This document shows, piece by piece, positions 59,149 through 64,000 of a stretch of 64,000 bases of DNA. The stretch is from an uncultured Clostridia bacterium (GTDB lineage: Bacteria > Bacillota > Clostridia > UBA1212 > UBA1255): positions 10,522 through 74,521 of the forward strand of contig CANQOI010000001.1 of the NCBI GenBank assembly GCA_947625435.1, read 5' to 3'. A program made the position numbers and the translations under genes. The first letter of the stretch is position 1, and each line of letters opens with the position of its first letter. The notes beneath the pieces are model-generated. The model did not search any database. It saw only the letters and a list, made by a program, of their open reading frames with translations, and was not told the origin of the DNA.

Positions 59149-60879
59149 TTACATTTTCTCCACAACTCTTACGCCTATAAGGTACAGAGCCGATTTTATA
59201 CATACACATGCGCATTCGGTGAGCTTGAGTCTCGCCTTCCTGATATCTCCCGTTTCCTTCATGATGCCGCATGTATTGTAAAATTTATTAAATGCCTGAG
59301 CAAGATCGGTCACGTAGCGCGTAACGCAGCATGGCTCATACCGCAGGGCGGCTTCACGCACGGCGCTTTCAAAGGAGTTTATGAGCTTTATGAGCTCAAA
59401 TTCTTCGTCGCCCGTGAGCAGGCCGCAATCTGCGTCTTTGTAATCTATGCCTTCCGATACCGCTTTTCTCAGGACGCTCCTGCCCCTTGCGTAAGCATAC
59501 TGCACGTACGGCCCCGATTCGCCTTCAAAATCGAGTATATCCTTCCATGTGAACACTATATCCTTTTCTCTTCCGTTCTTGAGGAACGAGTAGAGTATGG
59601 CTCCTACTCCTATTTTCTCGGCCGCGTCGTCGGGATCCTCTATATTTTTACTCGTGGGGCTGTTCCTTATGACTTCCTTTGTCTTCTCAACGGACTCGCG
59701 GAGCACATCTTCAAGGAAAACAACGTCCCCGTGACGTGTCGAGAGCACCTTATCGGGAAAGCGCACATATCCGAAGCCCACATGTACGCAGTCGTCCGCC
59801 CAATCATATCCCATTTTACCGAGCACGGAAAATATCTGCTTAAAATGGAGCGCCTGCGGCGTGCCCACCACATATATATTCCTGTAAAAATCGTAATGCC
59901 TTTTCCTGTATATCGCCGCCGCGAGATCGCGCGTGGCATATATGGTAGTGCCGTCGGATTTCAGTATTATGCACGGCGGCATACTGTCATCGTCAAATCT
60001 CACGACCTTAGCGCCGTCGCTCTCCTCGAGCAGACCCTTTTCTTCAAGCATGGAAACGACTTCCGGCATTTTGTCAGTATAAAAGCTCTCTCCCGCGTAT
60101 GAGTCGAACGTAATGTCCAGAAGAGCGTATGTCTTGTTGAATTCTTTAAGGCTCACGTCTACGAAGAACTGCCACAGACCGCGCACCTCCTCATCGCCGT
60201 CCTCGAGCTTCTTAAAATACATGCGCGCTTCGTCATCCAGCGAGGGATCCTTCTCCGCCTCGGTGTGAAATCTCACATATATCCTGAGGAGCTCGTTAAG
60301 AGGATCTTTTTTCATCGCGTCCTCGTCGCCCCAGCGCTTATACGCGCTTATGAGCTTGCCGAACTGCGTTCCCCAGTCGCCTATGTGGTTTATCTTGACC
60401 GTCTCATAGCCCAAAAAAGCATATATGCGCTCGATGGAGCTTCCGAGCGCCGTGGTCACGAGGTGTCCTATGTGGAACGGCTTTGCTATATTTGGAGAGG
60501 AAAATTCCACGAGAACGCGTTTTCCGGCTCCCTCATGCGATCTGCCGTAGTCATCGCCCTTTGAAATGACCTCCGGCACAACGCTTTCGGCAAGAGCTTT
60601 TCTGTCAAGGTAGAAATTAAGATAGCCTCCCGCCGCCTCCGCACGCCTAAAAATGCCCGCATCGTCCTTCATTCCGGAGTTTACGGCCGTTTCAAGCTCC
60701 TTCGCTATCATCTGAGGCGATCTTCTCAGAGCTTTGGCAAGCGTAAAACACGGAAAAGCGGCGTCGCCCATATCCGGGCTCGGCGGCACGGTCATAAGCT
60801 TTTCCGCCTGCTCCGATGTTATCACATCTGCCCCGAGCACAGAAGCCGCGATCTTCGCGGCAGCCTTTTTATAGTTCAT
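59149..60879 (-). CDS. argS: arginine--tRNA ligase
   Basis: 576 aa class I aaRS with the HIGH-like PFHIGHLV motif, and KMSKS replaced as is typical for ArgRS. The body is ArgS-specific. Confidence 0.93.
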   Translation of the reverse strand: MNYKKAAAKIAASVLGADVITSEQAEKLMTVPPSPDMGDAAFPCFTLAKALRRSPQMIAKELETAVNSGMKDDAGIFRRAEAAGGYLNFYLDRKALAESVVPEVISKGDDYGRSHEGAGKRVLVEFSSPNIAKPFHIGHLVTTALGSSIERIYAFLGYETVKINHIGDWGTQFGKLISAYKRWGDEDAMKKDPLNELLRIYVRFHTEAEKDPSLDDEARMYFKKLEDGDEEVRGLWQFFVDVSLKEFNKTYALLDITFDSYAGESFYTDKMPEVVSMLEEKGLLEESDGAKVVRFDDDSMPPCIILKSDGTTIYATRDLAAAIYRKRHYDFYRNIYVVGTPQALHFKQIFSVLGKMGYDWADDCVHVGFGYVRFPDKVLSTRHGDVVFLEDVLRESVEKTKEVIRNSPTSKNIEDPDDAAEKIGVGAILYSFLKNGREKDIVFTWKDILDFEGESGPYVQYAYARGRSVLRKAVSEGIDYKDADCGLLTGDEEFELIKLINSFESAVREAALRYEPCCVTRYVTDLAQAFNKFYNTCGIMKETGDIRKARLKLTECACVCIKSALYLIGVRVVEKM

Positions 60880-60915
60880 ATTACGTTTCCTTTCATTTCA
60901 TAAGACAACTGTCCA

Positions 60916-63351
60916 TCAGACAACGATATTTACGATCCTGCCGGGCACTGCGATCACCTTCCTGACCGTTTTACCGTCTATGAGCTTTTTGACGCTGTCA
61001 TTTTCAAGGGCAAAGCGCTCGGTCTCATCCTTGTTGTATCCCGAAGGCACCATGAGCTTCATCCTAACCTTGCCGCATATCTGGACCGCGATCTCAACCT
61101 CGTCTTTGACAAGAGCCGATTCGTCGTAGGTCGGCCACGATGACTTGTATATAGGTTTATCCGAAAGTGCCTGCTGCTGCCATATCTCCTCTGTTATATG
61201 AGGTGCAGCCGGGTTGAGGAGCAGCAGGAGTATCCTCAGTTCTTCTCTTGTGACGCTGCCTTTTGCATATATCTCGTTCACATACGACATCATGGCGGCT
61301 ATGGCCGTGTTGAACTTAAGCTTTTCGTAGTCCTCCGAGACCTTCTTGACAGTCGCGTTCGCAGAGGCTCTGAGCTCCTGTGAAACCTCCTCGCTGTCAC
61401 ACAACATATCCTGAAGCTTCCATACTCTTTCGAGGAAACGGTAGCAGCCTCTCGCGCCCTGTGTAGACCAGGGTATAGCCTGATCGAAAGCTCCCATGAA
61501 CATCTCGTATACTCTGAATGCGTCGGCGCCTATCTCGTCTATGATATCATCAGGATTTATGACATTTCCTCTTGATTTGGACATCTTCTCGCCGTTTTCG
61601 CCGAGTATCATGCCGTGTGACGTTCTTTTGATATACGGCTCCGGGCACGAAACGGCGCCTATATCGTACAGGAATCTGTGCCAGAATCTGGAATAGAGCA
61701 GATGGAGCGTCGTGTGCTCCATGCCTCCGTTGTACCAGTCAACGGGCAGCCAGTAATCCATGGCTTCCTTTGAAACGAACTCATCATCATTATGCGGATC
61801 GCAGTATCTTATAAAGTACCATGACGAACCGGCCCACTGAGGCATCGTATCTGTTTCTCTCTCCGCCGGCGCTCCGCATTTGGGGCACGTCGTATGCACC
61901 CATTCGGGCACATTCACAAGAGGGGATTCGCCGCTGTCAGTCTGCACGTAATTCTCTATGTCGGGAAGCTTTACCGGAAGCTCCGATTCGGGCACACTCA
62001 CCCAGCCGCAGTGAGGACATTTTACAAGCGGAATGGGCTCTCCCCAATATCTCTGCCTGCTGAACACCCAGTCGCGGAGCTTGTAATTCACTTTGCGGTG
62101 CCCGAGTCCCTTCTCCGTGAGCCATTCTATTATCGTCTTTTTTGCTTCGGCCACGGAAAGTCCGTCAAGGAATCCCGAATTTACCAACACGCCGCTCTCA
62201 ATATCCGTATATGCTCCCTTACTTACATCTCCGCCCTTTACGACTTCTATTATGGGGAGTCCGAATTTGTCCGCGAAAGCCCAGTCGCGCTCATCGTGAG
62301 CGGGTACGGCCATTATGGCGCCGGTGCCGTAAGATATGAGTACATAGTCGGAGATCCATACGGGTATCTCCTTTCCGTTCACCGGATTTACCGCTGTTAT
62401 ACCCTTAAGAGGCACGCCCGTCTTGTCCTTGGCTATCTCGGTCCTTTCAAAATCTGACTTTTTGGCAGCCTCGGCTCTGTATGCCGTAACCTCATCAAAA
62501 TTCTCTATCCTGTCCCTGAGCTTGTCTATTATGGGATGCTCGGGCGACACGACCATATATGTGGCGCCGAAAAGCGTGTCCGGGCGCGTCGTGTACACCG
62601 TGAGTATGCCGTTATCCGTATCCTTCGCAGCCGGAACGGTGAAATTCACCTCTGCTCCTTCGCTCCTTCCTATCCAATTGCGCTGCTGCGTTTTAACCTT
62701 TTCTATGAATTCCACATCGCAGAGTCCGTCCAGGAGCTTCTGGGCGTAATCGGTTATCTTGAGCATCCACTGCGATTTCACACGTCTTACGACATCTCCG
62801 CCGCAGCGCTCGCACACACCGTTTACGACCTCTTCGTTGGCAAGTCCCACCTTGCACTGAGTACACCAGTTTATAGGCACCTCGGCCTTGTAGGCAAGAC
62901 CTTTTTCAAAAAGCTTGAGGAATATCCACTGCGTCCACTTATAGTAATCCGGATCCGTGGTATTTATCTCGCGCGACCAATCAAACGAGAAGCCTATCCT
63001 CTTAAGCTGCTCCTTAAAATGCTTCACGTTCGCCGCCGTGATCTTGGCCGGATGCACCTTGTTCTTTATGGCGTAATTCTCGGCGGGGAGTCCGAAAGCG
63101 TCCCAGCCTATGGGGAACAGCACGTTATAGCCTTCAAGTCTGCGTTTTCTGGCTATTATATCCATAGCGGTATTCGACCTCGGGTGTCCCACATGAAGGC
63201 CGTTTCCGGACGGATACGGAAATTCTATGAGTCCGTAGAATTTCTTTTTCGTATGGTCTATCTTTGCTTCAAAGGCTCTGTCATCATCCCATATCTTCTG
63301 CCATTTTGCCTCAATCTCGGCAGGCTTGTATTCAAATATCCTTTCCTTCAT
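60916..63351 (-). CDS. leuS: leucine--tRNA ligase
   Basis: HVGHP (HIGH) and KMSKS motifs, CP1 editing domain. 811 aa. Confidence 0.97.
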   Translation of the reverse strand: MKERIFEYKPAEIEAKWQKIWDDDRAFEAKIDHTKKKFYGLIEFPYPSGNGLHVGHPRSNTAMDIIARKRRLEGYNVLFPIGWDAFGLPAENYAIKNKVHPAKITAANVKHFKEQLKRIGFSFDWSREINTTDPDYYKWTQWIFLKLFEKGLAYKAEVPINWCTQCKVGLANEEVVNGVCERCGGDVVRRVKSQWMLKITDYAQKLLDGLCDVEFIEKVKTQQRNWIGRSEGAEVNFTVPAAKDTDNGILTVYTTRPDTLFGATYMVVSPEHPIIDKLRDRIENFDEVTAYRAEAAKKSDFERTEIAKDKTGVPLKGITAVNPVNGKEIPVWISDYVLISYGTGAIMAVPAHDERDWAFADKFGLPIIEVVKGGDVSKGAYTDIESGVLVNSGFLDGLSVAEAKKTIIEWLTEKGLGHRKVNYKLRDWVFSRQRYWGEPIPLVKCPHCGWVSVPESELPVKLPDIENYVQTDSGESPLVNVPEWVHTTCPKCGAPAERETDTMPQWAGSSWYFIRYCDPHNDDEFVSKEAMDYWLPVDWYNGGMEHTTLHLLYSRFWHRFLYDIGAVSCPEPYIKRTSHGMILGENGEKMSKSRGNVINPDDIIDEIGADAFRVYEMFMGAFDQAIPWSTQGARGCYRFLERVWKLQDMLCDSEEVSQELRASANATVKKVSEDYEKLKFNTAIAAMMSYVNEIYAKGSVTREELRILLLLLNPAAPHITEEIWQQQALSDKPIYKSSWPTYDESALVKDEVEIAVQICGKVRMKLMVPSGYNKDETERFALENDSVKKLIDGKTVRKVIAVPGRIVNIVV

Positions 63352-63369
63352 AACATTCTACCTCCCGTT

Positions 63370-64000
63370 TCATTCCCTTTCGGGCAAATCCTCATATGAC
63401 TGCTTCCTGCCGACATGCTTGTATGACGGCCTTATTATCCTGCTGCTCACGGCAAGCTCTTCAAGTCTGTGCGCGCTCCATCCGGCTATCCTCGATATCG
63501 TGAAAATAGGCGTGAAAAGCTCCTTCGGTATGTTGAGCATGGTATATACAAGACCCGAATAAAAGTCCACGTTCGCGCACATCATTTTGGTAGAGTTCTT
63601 GAATTCATCGAACGCCTCCGGTGCGAGCTCTTCCACTGTATTGTAAAATTCAAGCTCCTTCTCCCACTCTCCCCCGAGAGCCGAGGCGAGCTCTTCCGCC
63701 TTCCTGTGAAGGAGAACTGCTCTCGGATCGGATATCGTATATACGGCGTGACCTATCCCGTATATGAGACCCGTGCGGTCGTAGGCCTCCTTGTTCAGTA
63801 TTTTTATAAGATAATCCCTTATGGCATCTCTGTCGGATGTGGAGGGAATGTGGGCTTTGATATCATTCATCATGTCCATGACTTTAAGGTTCGCGCCGCC
63901 GTGCTTCGGTCCTTTGAGAGCGCCTATAGCGGCGGCCATGGCAGAATACGTGTCCGTACCTGTGGATGTTACTACATGAACGGTGAAGGATGAATTGTTT
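63370..64000 (-). CDS. gltA: citrate synthase (or 2-methylcitrate synthase), C-terminal part; the gene continues past the window end
   Basis: GIGHAVYT signature (GYGHAV) and C-terminal citrate synthase fold. The stop overlaps the leuS RBS. Confidence 0.75.
   Translation of the reverse strand, partial: NNSSFTVHVVTSTGTDTYSAMAAAIGALKGPKHGGANLKVMDMMNDIKAHIPSTSDRDAIRDYLIKILNKEAYDRTGLIYGIGHAVYTISDPRAVLLHRKAEELASALGGEWEKELEFYNTVEELAPEAFDEFKNSTKMMCANVDFYSGLVYTMLNIPKELFTPIFTISRIAGWSAHRLEELAVSSRIIRPSYKHVGRKQSYEDLPERE

Noticed and set aside
60880-60915. T-box riboswitch leaders upstream of argS or leuS
   Set aside because: The intergenic spaces are 36 bp and 18 bp, far too short for a T-box. No specifier or T-box motif was seen.

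Overview
This 64 kb window is a chromosomal segment of a Firmicutes (Clostridia-like) bacterium. It is densely packed and almost every gene is on the minus strand. Most of it is recognisable housekeeping: serA, a dCMP deaminase, the lspA-rluD pair, an Opp-like substrate-binding protein, pgeF and nfo. The complete CIRCE/HrcA-controlled heat-shock operon hrcA-grpE-dnaK-dnaJ is present, and it appears to run on into a glycoside hydrolase gene. The cell-shape cluster radC-mreB-mreC-mreD-pbp2(mrdA) follows, then rsmF, clpB, rodA, lgt, an M16 peptidase pair, feoAB, rpoD-dnaG, argS, leuS and a partial citrate synthase. There are three tRNA genes: tRNA-Arg(CCG) on the minus strand, and a tRNA-Thr(UGU)/tRNA-Tyr(GUA) pair on the plus strand driven by a perfect TTGACA-17-TATAAT promoter. 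No transposase, prophage or CRISPR array was seen. The stretches not explained by standard annotation are: (1) a 0.9 kb non-coding region upstream of a ribbon-helix-helix (RHH) protein gene that is translationally coupled to clpB; the region holds hexamer repeats and 2.5 copies of a 168 bp tandem repeat carrying regularly spaced TTCTGCAA/TTGCAGAA motifs, and the same motif covers the TTG start codon of the RHH gene; (2) a putative four-gene operon of two membrane-anchored beta-propeller-like proteins, a NifU/IscU-like Fe-S scaffold homolog with a C-terminal extension, and a GGGtGRT-family protein of unknown function; (3) an in-frame RibF::M16-peptidase fusion ORF with a preserved internal Shine-Dalgarno. 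All coordinates and motif calls were read from the sequence by eye. Family assignments rest on recognisable motifs and were not checked against any database.
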